From Lama guanicoe (lineage: Eukaryota), in the NCBI GenBank assembly GCA_013239625.1, contig MU053319.1, positions 186,001 to 212,073 on the forward strand: a stretch of 26,073 nt of DNA, in the 5' to 3' direction. Positions within the stretch are counted from its first letter, which is position 1, and every line of letters begins with the position of its first letter. Below are positions 1 through 12,294 of the stretch, piece by piece. A model generated the notes under the pieces. That model saw only the letters and a program-made list of their open reading frames with translations. It was not told the DNA's origin and made no database searches. A program made the position numbers and the translations under genes.

Positions 1-498
1 ATTTGACTGGACGATGGGTGCCCAGATATTTGGTCAGACATAATTCTGAGTTTCTGTGAGTGTTTTCGGAGGAAGTTAACATTTAAGCCAGCAGACTGAG
101 CACAGCAGATTGCCCTCCCTAACGTGGGTGGGCCTCGCTCAATCAGTTGAAGGCCTTCCTGCCTGGCTGCCTTGAGCGGGGACAGCACCCTTTTCCTGGC
201 TGAAGCTTCCAACTGGAACATTCACTTTTCCTGGGTCTCGAGCCCACCGACCTTTGGACTGGAACCTGCACTACTGGTTCCCCTGTGGGGGCAGGTCTTC
301 GACTCCCACCGGAACTAAACCATCTGCTCTCCTGGGTCTCCAGGTTGCTGATTCACCCTGCAGACCTTGGGGCTTTTCATTCTCTGTAATGATATGAGCC
401 AATTCCTTATAATCAATCTCTTTATAAGAAGAGATTCAATTTAGAAAGAGACATAGATCCATCCCATTGGTTCTGTTTCTCTGGAGAACTTTGATACA
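1..498 (+). mobile_element. MLT2-type (ERVL) LTR, 5' end cut by the window edge
   Basis: MLT2-like motifs 'gggtgcccagatatttggtcagacataattctg' and 'cagattgccctccctaacgtgggtgggcctc...caatcagttgaaggcct'. The 3' end 'cccattggttctgtttctctggagaac...taca' matches the recalled MLT2 terminus. Confidence 0.85.
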
Positions 499-689
499 TT
501 ACTTATAATCACTCTTAAAGGAGTAAATACAATAAATAAACACTTAAATAAATATTCATGAAGGAAGAAATACAATAAATAAAGGAATAAAGACAAGCAA
601 ATAATGGCTTAAGTCATTTCTATGAGGTTACTCCTTCTGTAGAGGACTTTCTCTTTCCTTCTGCATGGAAAAAACCTTCACTAAAGGCT

Positions 690-1219
690 ACCGTGACTTA
701 TCCAGGATAACTAAACCTTGGACTTCGCTGAACATGGGTAACATGAGAAGACATGGAAAGCGTGCAGGTGTCAAAATCAGAGCAGCAGAGTCTTGCTGTG
801 AATTGTCAAGAAGGTCCAGGTTGAGGTGAAGCCCACGTGAATGGCCAGAAGTCAGCACCAAGCTCCTTGAGGTGGCCTGGGCAGAGGGACAGCCCTCCTG
901 TGCAGGCAGAAGAGGCGGGACAGAGCGTGGGCTTGTGGGAGACCAGGAACTCCTCCTCTTCTTCCCACCTGAGGAATTCCCTGCCACCAACCGCCAGGGA
1001 CGGGGAGACAGAGCACAGAGCTCAAGGACCTGGAGTTAGCCAGATCTGGGTCCTTCAAGTTCTCTATTGTAAGGATGACAACCTTTAAAATCAATTTACC
1101 CTCTTTTGTTCTTAATAAATGTTTTCCTTTACAGTAATACCCTCCAGATGTGGGGCGCCCTCATCTCTTTGTTTAAAGGCCAATCTGAATCTCTTATTTT
1201 GTGACCACGAGTGGTATCA
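690..1219 (+). mobile_element. Possible very old MLT1 (MaLR) LTR remnant
   Basis: Weak resemblance only: 'gggagacagagcacagagctcaaggacctggag', then AATAAA and an end like 'ctttgtttaaaggccaatctgaatctcttattttgtgacc'. Confidence 0.3.
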
Positions 1220-1993
1220 TTTCCCTGAAGTGGAATGCCGCTTGCTTTTAAATGTAGGGGGAAGCATACAAGGCACTTAGAAAATTTAATTTAAAAGCCT
1301 GAGGGAAATGGTCTCTGCAATGATCTCTCTGTACCTTGAACTGTCATTAAAGACAACCTGCCACAGGTTCACCCAATAGTTCATTTTCTACCCTAAGTCC
1401 CATTAAGTTTTCATAAGAAATTGATACGCCCAGCTCATGTTGCTTCCCTTTCAAAAGTTTACCTAAGCCACAAGCGAAGTTTTCTTCTGAAGACATCTTC
1501 CTCAGAAGGAAATTTTCTGCCACTGTCCATCATGGAAGCCAGGCCTGTTTATGAACCTAAATGAATGATTCTATCAGGTTAGGACCATGGTCCATCCTAT
1601 TTACTATCAGGACACTGATAATAGAGCCAAATGGCAGGTAATTCAGGAAGGCCTGGACTGGATGCCCTAAAAACGCTTACCAGGGGCATGAGCTAAATAA
1701 GTTACTCGCTGGGTTAATTTTTCATTTCCTTTTATTGGTCCCATACTTCGCATATGAGAGTTTCAAGAACTGCCCAGAGCACTAACATGTTATTTGGTAA
1801 ATGAGTCTGTATTCACCTACCCAGTTTCTCAGTCACATCCTTTCCATCATGATAATGCTTTAAAGTGAAATTATAAGGAATCAACTATTGATTAAAAGCA
1901 ACTATTGCTTATAGAATAAGCCACTATGCCAGTTACTTTTTAAAAGAAGGTAAGGAAAATAATCCAGAAAAGGTGTATCCTGTGTCCTCACTT

Positions 1994-2116
1994 CTTAAAA
2001 AAATTTTAATTGAAATATAGTCAGTTATAATGTGTCAATCTCTGCTGTACAACATAATGTCCCAGTCATGCATATACATACATATATTCATTTTCATATT
2101 CTTTTTCATTGAAATC
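1994..2116 (-). mobile_element. Young L1 3' terminus, heavily 5'-truncated
   Basis: Reverse complement of the 3' end seen at ~5750-5905 ('gaaatatagtcagttataatgtgtcaat...'). Imperfect TSD tgtcctca(c/t)tt at 1983-1993 and 2117-2127. Confidence 0.85.
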
Positions 2117-3339
2117 TGTCCTCATTTAACTGCTATATAAACTTGCTTTAAAATGTAAGAAAAACATGGTGTGTTTATTACCTCTGTCAGTGGTCTGATG
2201 TGAATGGCTGTCAAATCTGGTCTTCCGGGTGGATTCAAAGAAAGCTGAGAGCCTTGTAGGAGTCAAACGAGAAGGAAGCCGTCCAGCCACCGTTGGGCAT
2301 GTGGACCCAAGGAAGGGGCTCATTGTTCATGGTCATGGGCAAGGCGGATGGGCCTTGTGAATACCGTGGCTGCCTGGGAAATCCATGTCCCTGAGCATTT
2401 CACCTTCTTGGGAGGGAGCTGGCGTGACTCCACCTGCGATGTAAAGTCTTTATAAAATCTGCACGTGTGCACACTCGTGTAGGGAAAGCGTTATAGGGCT
2501 CAAGGTCATAGATGTTCTAAGAACGTAAGAAGCCGATTCTGAGCCCTCCCGGGTGCGACACAGTTATGTGAATATGGTAAAACTAAAAGTATCTTTTTTG
2601 CCCAAAATATGAATGGGATGGAAATTATTTCATGTTTTTGGATCCATTTTGGTGGGTTGTTTTTTTTTTTAAATTTCTGACCTGGAAGTGATGAGAATAA
2701 GACAGAAGGGAAATTTGCAAATGAGAAAAGAAGGAAGGAACGAAATGGGAAAACATGAAAAGGATAAGGTCAAATAAAGGAAACTAGTGTGTCGGAATGC
2801 TGGTGACTACCACCCCGAACAGCGGGAAATGCCCTGGACTCTTGTTTCAGGAGAGTTGGTTCTGCTCCCACCTTGGGAACAGCGGTCAAAAACCACAGCG
2901 AGTTCTGCCCTTGTCAGTCACGCATGTGGAGCTGGAATAAAATCAGCTTCCAAAAGTGCCTCCCATTCTACCAATCACTATGATTCTAAAGGGAAAAAAA
3001 AAATCTGTGTGTGTGTGTATATGTATGTACACATATACATTATGTATGTTATATCAGACATCCTAAAACATTATTATGGTTGGCTTCCTCATACTTGGAA
3101 GCCTCCGAAAATTTCGTATAAAATCACAAAGGAAGGACACATGGTAGGTCATGTCCTAAAGCCTTTCACCCAATTCAGGAACTGCACCATTTCAATAGCC
3201 ACCAGCTCTTCCCACCGCGGACACCCGTTTGAACACAAGTGATGCCTTTAAAAGGACCTAAATATGAAACCTAAATAGGAACTTAATATGTTTGAGTTCT
3301 GTTTGTAGCAACGCCACCAGTCTGAATTTATAGGCTGCC

Positions 3340-3525
3340 TTTTCAAAGTACTTTCATTTACTTTCTCAATTTTCTTTCCCAAACTCCTGTGGTAATTTCA
3401 GAGGATAAGGTTAAAAAAACTTGTTCTTACTTTATAAAGGGGAAAATAAGACGGAGTTTTAAGTGATTTATCCAATCATAACCAACCAGCGCAAGATAAG
3501 AGCTGGACTTGGCTTCCGACTTATA
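3340..3525 (-). mobile_element. MIR remnant
   Basis: 'cttttataaaggggaaaataagacggagttttaagtgatttatccaatcata...agagctggactt' resembles the reverse complement of the MIR core. Confidence 0.55.
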
Positions 3526-3834
3526 GTGTGGTGTTCTCTTTTATAGGTGGTAATAAAATCTTAGTATTTCTCGGTGGATTATCATGCAATTAATTATATA
3601 CAATTCTTACCGCATTAGTTGAAATGTTTATTTGAAGTGTCTTAACCAAGTTCACACAACTATTAAGTAGATAAGATCTAAGATGATATTGTCTCATTTT
3701 AAGAATAATGGTCAGTTATTCCAGAAGGTAATTTATCTCCATGGTTGAATTAGATTCAATATATTAATGTTTCTCTTTCGTATTATTAAACCATCTCTCC
3801 CAAATGAGTCAGACTATGTCACGTACAGGGATGG

Positions 3835-4036
3835 AGGATGGTGTAGTAGTTAAAATGTGGGCTCTGGAATCAGATGGCATCATTTACTAGCCATGTGTCC
3901 CTGGTTTAATGACTTAACTTATTTGCACCTCAGTTTTCTCATCCATTAATTGGGTCATTTTAGTACCTCCCTCATAATTGTTAGTACAAATAAATTGCTT
4001 AGAATAGTTTCTGGAACATATAAAGCTCTTGATAAA
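3835..4036 (+). mobile_element. MIR SINE
   Basis: 'ggtgtagtagttaaaatgtgggctctggaatcaga', core 'cacctcagttttctcatcca', and tail 'gcttagaatagtttctggaacata...ctcttgataaa'. Confidence 0.8.
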
Positions 4037-4959
4037 CTAGTCACATCATATCAGTTATCTGTCGATAAACACTCGAAGGTAATGGCTGCACATCACATAA
4101 AACCACAGCTCACTGTGCACCTGCCTTGTCTGGTACTAGGGTGAATGGGAGAGAGCTATGAATTGTCCTCAGGAATTAGTTCATATCTTCCTCTCTTGTT
4201 ACTTAGTGAAATCATGAACAGCTCAGCTATTCCAGAAGGTTCTCAACACTCCCTGAAGATAAACTATATTCACAGTAACTAGAAAAATGCAGACAATGTA
4301 GACGGATACTGTGTTTACATTTCTCTGAGTCAGGAGTTTTCAGTCTCTCTGCAGAGATACTGGCGAACCACGAGTTAAAGTAAATAACTCGTATTCTGCC
4401 AGGGGTTATGGATATGCCAGATTCAGAAGTGGCATCAAACACTAAAAGCCTAAACGCTCTGTTCCTGTGGCTTGGTGCTTTGTTCCTCTTAATAACTACA
4501 GGAAGATAAGGAGACGAGCATGTTTAAGGAGTGCTATTATGATAACAAGAAACAGACGGAATCAAATGCTGGCTTGAACGGTGATGAGGTTGCATATGTG
4601 CACACTTAGAGACCCACCTTTGTTATTAAGACGTGTTACTGGAAAGCTGAAAATGTAGTCTGGCAACCTTCTACACCCTTTCCCTCATTAATTCAATTAT
4701 ATCATTTTGATTTCACAAATTCTCCTAAAAGCATAATTATCAGGATGTAGCAGAATAGCCTGTACAGAATTAAACAGTAAAAGAGATGGTAAGTACTTAA
4801 AAGGCATGAAAGAAACAGATGGACAAATCGTAAAATGGCCAGAGGATTTCTATTGGAAATGAATTTGTTGTTTTAAATGAAAGAAAGAAAGAGAGAAGAG
4901 TGGAGAGAGAGAGAGGAAAACATTAGATCCCCTATTCTATTGTCTAATGCTAAATATTT

Positions 4960-6236
4960 AGCTATTACTTCATGCCCGTTTGAAATATAGACAGTAGAAC
5001 AGTGGTTTAAGTAAATTATAGTAAATCAAAACTACAGTGAGATATCACCTCCCACCAGACAGAATGGCCATCATTAAAAAGTCCACAAATGATAATGCTG
5101 GAGAGGGTGGAGAAAAAGGAACCCTCCTACGCTGTTGGTGGGAATGAAGTTTGGTGCAGCCCTTATGGAAAACAGTATGGAGACTCCTCAAAAAACTAAA
5201 AATAGAGATACCCAATGATCCAGCAAGCCACTCCTGGGTGTATATCCAAAGAGAACTCTAATTCAGAAAGATACATGCAACCCAGTGTTCAGAGCAGCAC
5301 TATATACAATAGCCAAGACATGGAAACAACCTAAGTGTCCATCAACAGATGACTGGATAAAGAAGTTGGGGTATATTTATACAATGAAATACTGCTCAGC
5401 AATAAAAAAGAATAAAATAATGCCATTTGCAGCAACAGGGATGAAACTGGAGATCATCATTCTAAGTCAGCCAGAAAGAGAAGGAGAAATATGATATAAC
5501 ATCACTCATATGTGGAACCTAAAAAAAAAGAAAAGAAAAAAGAGGACACCAATGAACTCATCTACAAAACAGAAACAGACTCATAGACATAGTAAACAAT
5601 CTTACGGTTACTGGGGAAAGAGGTTGGAAGGGATAAATTTGGGAGTTTGAGATTTGCAAATGTTAACCACTATATATAAAAATAGATTAAAAAACACATT
5701 TCTTCTGTATAGCACAGGGAACTATATTCAATGTTTTGTAGCAACCTTTAATGAAAAATACTATGAAAACAAATATATCTGTATGTGTATGTGTGCATAT
5801 ATATATATATGCAGACACACACACATACATACACATACATGACCGGGACAGTTTGCTGTACACTAGAAATTGACACATTGTAACTGACTATACTTCAACT
5901 TTAAAAAATTATAGTAAATCCATAGGATGGAATATTAGCATAAATAGAATGGTTTTGGGGTATACCTAATGTGTATCTGAAATATCTGTCATATCATAGA
6001 ACACTATTCATAATAACTTTAAGGGCAAAAGCAGAATATATACAGCTGTGTATATAGAGTGCATACTGTACATAGTATAAAAGTATATTTAAATGTCACA
6101 CCTACACATAGGAAAGATAAGAAGGAAATATGTCAAAATGCAAACTGATATTTCTTGAGCAATGATTTTGTAGTAATGTTTGTTTGCTACTTATGATTTT
6201 CCATATTAACATGTCTTATTTTTATAATTATAAAAT
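4960..6236 (+). mobile_element. Old L1M (L1ME-like) 3' remnant split by the young L1 at 5028-5905
   Basis: Removing the insert gives 'tggtttaagtaaattatagtaaatccataggatggaatatt', similar to L1M 'tggttaaataaattatggtatatccatacaatggaatatt'. An L1ME-like tail follows at ~6110-6236. Confidence 0.55.
5028..5905 (+). mobile_element. Lineage-specific L1, 5'-truncated (end of ORF2 plus 3'UTR)
   Basis: Encodes the ORF2 C-terminus (AALYTIAKTWKQPKCPSTDDWIKK). Ends 'gacacattgtaactgactatacttcaact'. Perfect 15-bp TSD aaattatagtaaatc at 5013-5027 and 5906-5920. Confidence 0.95.
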
Positions 6237-7434
6237 TTTTAAATCATGAGTATATTTAATGGATGGAAGGAGAACAATCTAAATGATTGGAACATAAAGG
6301 AAAAAAGTATTGTAAAATTCTACTTTCCTTAAAGAGTGTTGAGAGTTTGAAAGAGTTAATAACTTCCACATAAAGTATTCTTATTAACTCTATTCAGTAC
6401 TCACACAATAAGCTCTGCTACTTTAGCTCATCAGTAAGATGACCTTGTTTACTATTAGGAGGGCAAAACCTAAGCAAATAATTTCCTACCACAACATTTT
6501 TACCAGTTTTCAAAGTTTTCTGAGATGTGATCATCACTTTAGTTCACTCTAAATTCTAAATTATCAACACTTAGGACATACCATATGTATGTGGGTGTTA
6601 CTACTTGAATTACATTTATTAATGAAATCTTTTTTAAAGGTTATAATTAAAATATTTCAAAATAGTGAATGCCTATATACATTCTTAATAAAAGTTTTAT
6701 AATAAAGAAAAAAGAATATTTATTTTGTGTACTGTAGTGGCTTCCCAAAAAAATATGATTTAAGATGTAAAATGGGGGGGAAATATACAGAATATAGTCA
6801 CTGTAAGGCTGTCAGATTGGGGATTTTGACTCAAGAATGTAAAAGGATGAACAAGAGAGAAAACATGGAAGTAAAACATTTATGCATATAACTCACATTT
6901 TACATTTTACATATAATATAATTATAATTAGCATAATTTTATATATACTATAAAATATAATAATAATATAATTATATGTAAAAATATCATTTTTATCAGA
7001 GTTAAAATATTTAATGGCAAAATTAGAGTTGTTGTAATAGTGAATCCTAGAGCAGGTGTCACTTGTCTCTGAAAGAATCAAAAATTATATTTGACATCTC
7101 AGAGAACTCCTGAAGGATGAATAACTACACAGCAGACATCAACAGTCATCCATTCTAAAAACAGAAAGCAAAACCTATCTTTACTAGCCCTTATTTAGGC
7201 CACTCTGTAAATATTTTTGCATAAAAGAACAACCTTTATAAGCCACAAAGTAGTGTTAAGACAGATTTCACAGCAATTTTAAGTTAAAGACATAATCTTT
7301 ACTTTTTGGAGCTTAAAAATAGTGAACTACTGGTCTTGTTACATTTCATAAATACCTTCGTTAATATGACACATTAACCTGAATAACTATACTTCCTGTA
7401 CACAGGTATCTAATAACACTTGTGAAGAATACCA

Positions 7435-8247
7435 TACATATCCATATATATGGATGTATATTTTTGAATTACATAATTTTATATTTAATATTTATATTAA
7501 ATATGTACTATTTATATATTTATATACCATATATTACTTTCTATATAATACTTAATATATAATTGTATATAATATTTATATATGTATATAATAGCATATA
7601 AATATATTACAATATTATTTATTTATATATATAGTACAATATTATATATAATATTTATATATTTATATAATACTATATAAATATATATTATAATATTTTA
7701 TACATATAATATTTACATATTCATATAATACTATATGAATATATATTAAAATATGTATTCATAAAATAAATATATAATGTAATGTAAATTACATATAAAA
7801 ACAAATAAATGTTATATAAATATATATTTATATATAGATATTAATATAAATGCTGTATACTATAATACATGTTTAAATACTATATACGTATACTATAAAT
7901 ACTATAAATATTTATAGTGTATAAAAACATGCATTTTATATATTTATGTATATATGCATACATTTTACATATATTAAATATTATGTATGGTATATATAAT
8001 ATGTTTATATAACACTTTGTATGATACATAATACTATATACTATATGTAATATATACTCATATGTTAAATATATATTTAATACATCTGATATATAATATA
8101 TGAATAAATATATCTTTTATTTAATGTATATAAAATATATTTTATATTTTAAAATTATGTACAAAATAATATATACATTTATATACAACATAATACATAT
8201 AAATTTATATACAATATAATAATATTTGGTATATATATAAATATATA
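7435..8247. repeat. ~800-bp AT-rich low-complexity / degenerate (TA)n tract
   Basis: Almost entirely A/T with imperfect TATA/TAAAT/TATTT units. Ends abruptly at ~8247. Confidence 0.95.
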
Positions 8248-8249
8248 CC

Positions 8250-8550
8250 CTGTACTGACTCGGGGGGGTGAAAGCCAACTACCACGTCTATGAATTCTTT
8301 TGCGGGAAGGGGAAGTAAAGAGAAGAGGCGCAGGAATTTCAGGGACTCTGCATGCCACACCACAGCAAAGTAAGCAAAGGCTGCTCGTGCCAGAGAACGC
8401 CCCTGGGAACCCCCGCGGCCTCACGGGCCTGCTCCTTTCTTCTCCGCGCGCGAGTCTAACTTCCCCGTCGGTGGCGCTGTTGGCAGGCAGCGCGCCTCAT
8501 TAGCTGGTGGGAGGCAGCTCGTGCTCGTTAATTCAGTTCTCACGTCATTT
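8250..8550. promoter_or_regulatory. Short CpG-rich patch with a CTCF-like motif
   Basis: CpG cluster (ccgcgg, cgcgcgcg, gcgcgc). cccgtcggtggcgc at 8464-8477 matches CCASYAGRKGGCRS at 12 of 14 positions. Confidence 0.45.
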
Positions 8551-9017
8551 GCTCTGCACACATTCATAATCAGCCTCCAAATAACTTAGGTAACGTCCAT
8601 AGATTTATGACTACAATTTTACTCTACGTTTGCTTTTTTTTTAAACTCCCTTTTTCCCCTTTTTGATATTCCATAGAAGTTAAAATTTACAAGGACAGAG
8701 CCACTTTGGGGAGTGATTGGATGTTAACATTTTTGGCATTCAGTTGTCTTTTATGATTATATATACATCTTATATTTTAGTAATTTTCCTACCTTGGAAA
8801 CTCTGAGGAAAAGTCAGACCATTGATTTTCTTAAATATCTGTTGAAAAACCAATTTCAAATTCAAACCAAAAAAATATCCAAGCCTCGGACCATTTCAGA
8901 ATCCTGCATTTATTGCTTCAACCTATATACAACATGTTGATGTTATGTTTTGGAAATGCTGTTTACATATGGGACTTATACTACACCAACAAAAGCAAGG
9001 CCATGAGTTGGTACTGA

Positions 9018-9512
9018 TGTTGTGATAGATTTGAAACAAATAAACAAAAATAATTACAGTAATTTGCAGCTCCTTCCATATAGAGGTAGTATCTCCTTCT
9101 CTTTCTCCTGATCTGAGCTCAGCCGTGCAATTTCTTTGGCCAAAGATCCTTAGCTAACACTGGACACACAGAAACACAAAGACACAAAAAATGCTTCTGG
9201 AGCGTGTCCTTTCCTGTGCTTTAGACAAAGTGTCCTTTCCTGAGAAGAGTCCAGGCTGGCCTCCTACAGGGTAGAGATATATGACCCAGTCGCTTTGGCC
9301 ACCAACCCAACTGCCACACTTATGAGCAATGCCTTCTGGCACCAAGCAGATCCCAGCTGACCTGCTGGTTGACCACAGCCACGGAAGTAAACTCAGGCCA
9401 GATCATCAAAAGAACTGGCCAGTTGACCCCAGCCCAAATTGTCAACCCACTATTGATAGTTTTAAAACCAAGTTTGGGAGTCATCTATACCACAGCCAAA
9501 CCTACTGACATA
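9018..9512 (+). mobile_element. MLT1 (MaLR) LTR, MLT1G/H-like
   Basis: 'tttgcagctccttccat', 'aagaactggccagttgaccccagcccaaattgtcaacccac', and terminal 'ttttaaaaccaagtttgggagtcatctataccacagc...actgaca'. Confidence 0.75.
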
Positions 9513-10150
9513 GTTGATATTTTTAAAGTATCAAAATAAAAGTCACGTCCTCTGCTTAATAATGACCATAATTTTAGAATGAATTAATCAATGAAAATGT
9601 AATTAAAATAGCCATGCCAACTGCCCTATGATACAACTTGAATGAACTCACCCCAAAGCAACTAAAATATACTCATTAGACACGAAATAATACATAACAT
9701 GATAAATAAAGTAAGAAATAGGAGGTAGGTAAATAATCAATGTAGCTGCTGCACTTAAGAAGTTTACACTGCAAAACCTCACTTTTACAGGAAAAGACCA
9801 CCAAGAAATCTTACAGCTCATCAGTAAGAAACAAAAGGAAACAGTATGTTTGACATTGTAAACTCCATTCAGTAACGCTCCTTCTCTTTACCTGTAGGTA
9901 AACATCTTCACAAGAGCTTATTGAGTCTACATTTATGCATAACTCTAACAGATTAGATCTTTTGGTTTCTAAGAAAAAATCTAATGAAGACATCACATTA
10001 GAAAGAACAGTTCTTATGGACAGGCATGGTGACAGCAAACAGAAGAGCTGCTACAAACAAAGGAATTAATAGAAAACATATAAATAGCACACTCGATAAG
10101 CAAGGTTTTTGAGACCACTGGAAAGTACCATCCTTCTCAGAGTTTCCCAG

Positions 10151-10300
10151 TGCATCATACACAGAGTGCATCATAGACACACTGCATTGTGCACACGATG
10201 TATCATAGACACACTGCATTGTACACATGGTGTATCATAGACACACTGCATTGTACACACAGTGCAGGTGCACACAGTGCATATATGCACAGTGCATCAT
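10151..10300. repeat. Minisatellite of 16-bp monomers forming a 32-bp higher-order unit
   Basis: 'atcatagacacactgcattgt' starts at 10170, 10202 and 10234 (period 32). Flanked by degenerate 15-16-bp 'tgca...cacag' monomers. Confidence 0.9.
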
Positions 10301-10373
10301 TAGTTCATGTTCTCTGTGATAACTTAGTCTTCAAAAACCTTTTGGGTACCTGCTGTTTAAAAGGTCCTTCCCC

Positions 10374-11220
10374 AAAACAACAACAACAAATCCAATTCAA
10401 AAACAAGCAAAAGACTTGAAAAGACATTTCTTCAAAGAAGATATAAAAATGTTCAAGAAGCATATAAAAGATACTTACCAGCATTCTCATTAGGGAAGTG
10501 CCAATCAAAACCACAATGTGCTACCATGTCATATGCATTAGGATGGCTGTGACCCAAAAAGCAGAGAAGAACAAGTGTTGACAAAGACCCGATGAAGCTG
10601 GAAGCACACATTTTGCTGGTGGGAGTGTAAGCAGTGCAGCCATGGTGGAGGACACAATAAATTCAGCATAGCATGATCCACATTCCACTTCTGGCTTACA
10701 CACAAAAGATTTGACAGCAGGGAGTCGAGCAGTTACCTGAACATATATGTGTATATCTGCACTGTCCACAATAGCCAAAAGGTGTAAACAACCCAACTGT
10801 CCATCAGCAGACAAATGGATGAACAAAATGTGGTCTACACGCAAAAGGGAATATTATTCAGCTTTAAAAAAGGAGTGGAATTCTGCCCTACACTACAACA
10901 TGGATGAACCTTGAGGACATTATGCTGAGAAAAGTAAGCCAGTCACAAAAGTACAAGTGTGGCATGATTCCACTTACATTTAGGGACTTAAAATAGTTAG
11001 ATGCACAGGGAAAGAAAGTGGAATGGTCATCAGGGGCTGAAGGAGGGAGGCATAGGGAGTTACTGACTAAAGGGTTCACAGTTTCAGTTTGGGAAGATGA
11101 TATCTTTCAGGAGATGGATGGTGTGACGGTTGCCTAGCAATGTGCATGTACTTAAGGCCACTGAATTGTCCACTCAAAATGGCAAGCTTTGTTATGGATA
11201 TTTTACCATAATATTAAAAA
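10374..11220 (+). mobile_element. L1MB-type L1 3' end
   Basis: Decayed ORF2 tail ('aagacttgaaaagacatttcttcaaagaagatata', 'atcaaaaccacaatg') and L1MB-like 3'UTR 'gtttcagtttgggaagatga...ggagatggatggtg...actgaattgtccactcaaaatgg'. Confidence 0.9.
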
Positions 11221-11714
11221 GGTCAGGGGTCAGTTAGTTGCAGATGCATAAAGACCAATGGCAAAGGATGACAAGAGACATCATTTTGGGGGCACATTTT
11301 CAGATAACTTGGATTGGAAGCTTCAAGGGCAAAGAACACCCAAAGCTGGGTGTTTCCTGAGGGCTGGGTGGGGAATGTGGGGGTCAAAGACCAGTACGAG
11401 GTCCCAGAGAGAGCCAAAGAGGGCCCCAGTCCCAAGGCGTCTGCCTGCGCCCCAATCACTCACGTCATGAAGACACACACCAGAAAACACAAAGAACATT
11501 CCTCTCCCAACATGCAATTATTGTAGCCCAGCTAACACCTCTGAGGGGCTTTTTTCTTCCTTTTTATTTATTTTGATGGTTCCTTATTAACCCTATAGAG
11601 AAACATAGGTCAAAAACACATCTGTGTAAGCATGGCTTCTTTCTACAGTGCTCACAGTTTATTCTGTTTTTAGTAATTTAGAAAGCATGGCTTTTAATGC
11701 ATTTAACATTTACG

Positions 11715-12100
11715 TGTTACCGGCCTGGATTCTTGGACTCTTCAATCAGTAGAATTTGATGAGTTACGACCTAACAAACCCCCTCCCCAAACAAATCCCT
11801 CAAGGGTAACAGACCACCTACTTCCCCCTGAAGATAAACTGTACCTTCGCCAGGCGCACAAACCCACGCCCTTAGATAATGATCTGCTAACGTCTGGAAA
11901 CCTTCAACACAGCCCCCTTCCTTAAAGCACATAGGTGGTCAGGCCCTTCCTTATAAAAGGCTCCAAGAATCTGCCCTCGGGGCACACGGACACCTCCCGT
12001 CCATCTGCCTGCTGTTGTCTGTAGCAGCGTTTCTAATGAACTTTTGTTTCTAGTAAATCCTTTTACCGCCTGTGCTGCCGGCCTGCCTGGTCCCACAGCA
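11715..12100 (+). mobile_element. ERV1-like LTR segment, possibly composite
   Basis: TATAAAA at 11952-11958, degenerate polyA-signal region 'ctaatgaactt', and U5-like 'gtaaatccttttaccgcctgtg...cccaca'. The first ~48 bp resemble the end of an oppositely oriented LTR. No TSD found. Confidence 0.6.
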
Positions 12101-12197
12101 AGGAAGATGCAGGCTTGTTGAGGAGGAGGGCACACAGAGGCAGAGGGGCCGGAGCAAACACGCCAGCAGAAATCCTCCTTCCTGGAGTGAAGCCAAC

Positions 12198-12211
12198 ACA
12201 CCAGGGGGCGG
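12198..12211 (+). promoter_or_regulatory. Strong CTCF core motif
   Basis: acaccagggggcgg matches CCASYAGRKGGCRS at 13 of 14 positions. Confidence 0.5.
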
Positions 12212-12294
12212 CTGCGGGTGGGGAAAAGGATCCTGTTGTAAGGAACCATCTAAGCAAGGAAAGAAATACAGACATGATGTAATTGTAATATTTC

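Noticed and set aside
2787..3242. Longest ORF (151 aa)
   Set aside because: GTG start, runs through an A-run and a TG/TA microsatellite, and has no domain-like content.
10151..10300. CRISPR-like array (32-bp periodicity)
   Set aside because: Head-to-tail tandem units without unique spacers, in mammalian DNA.
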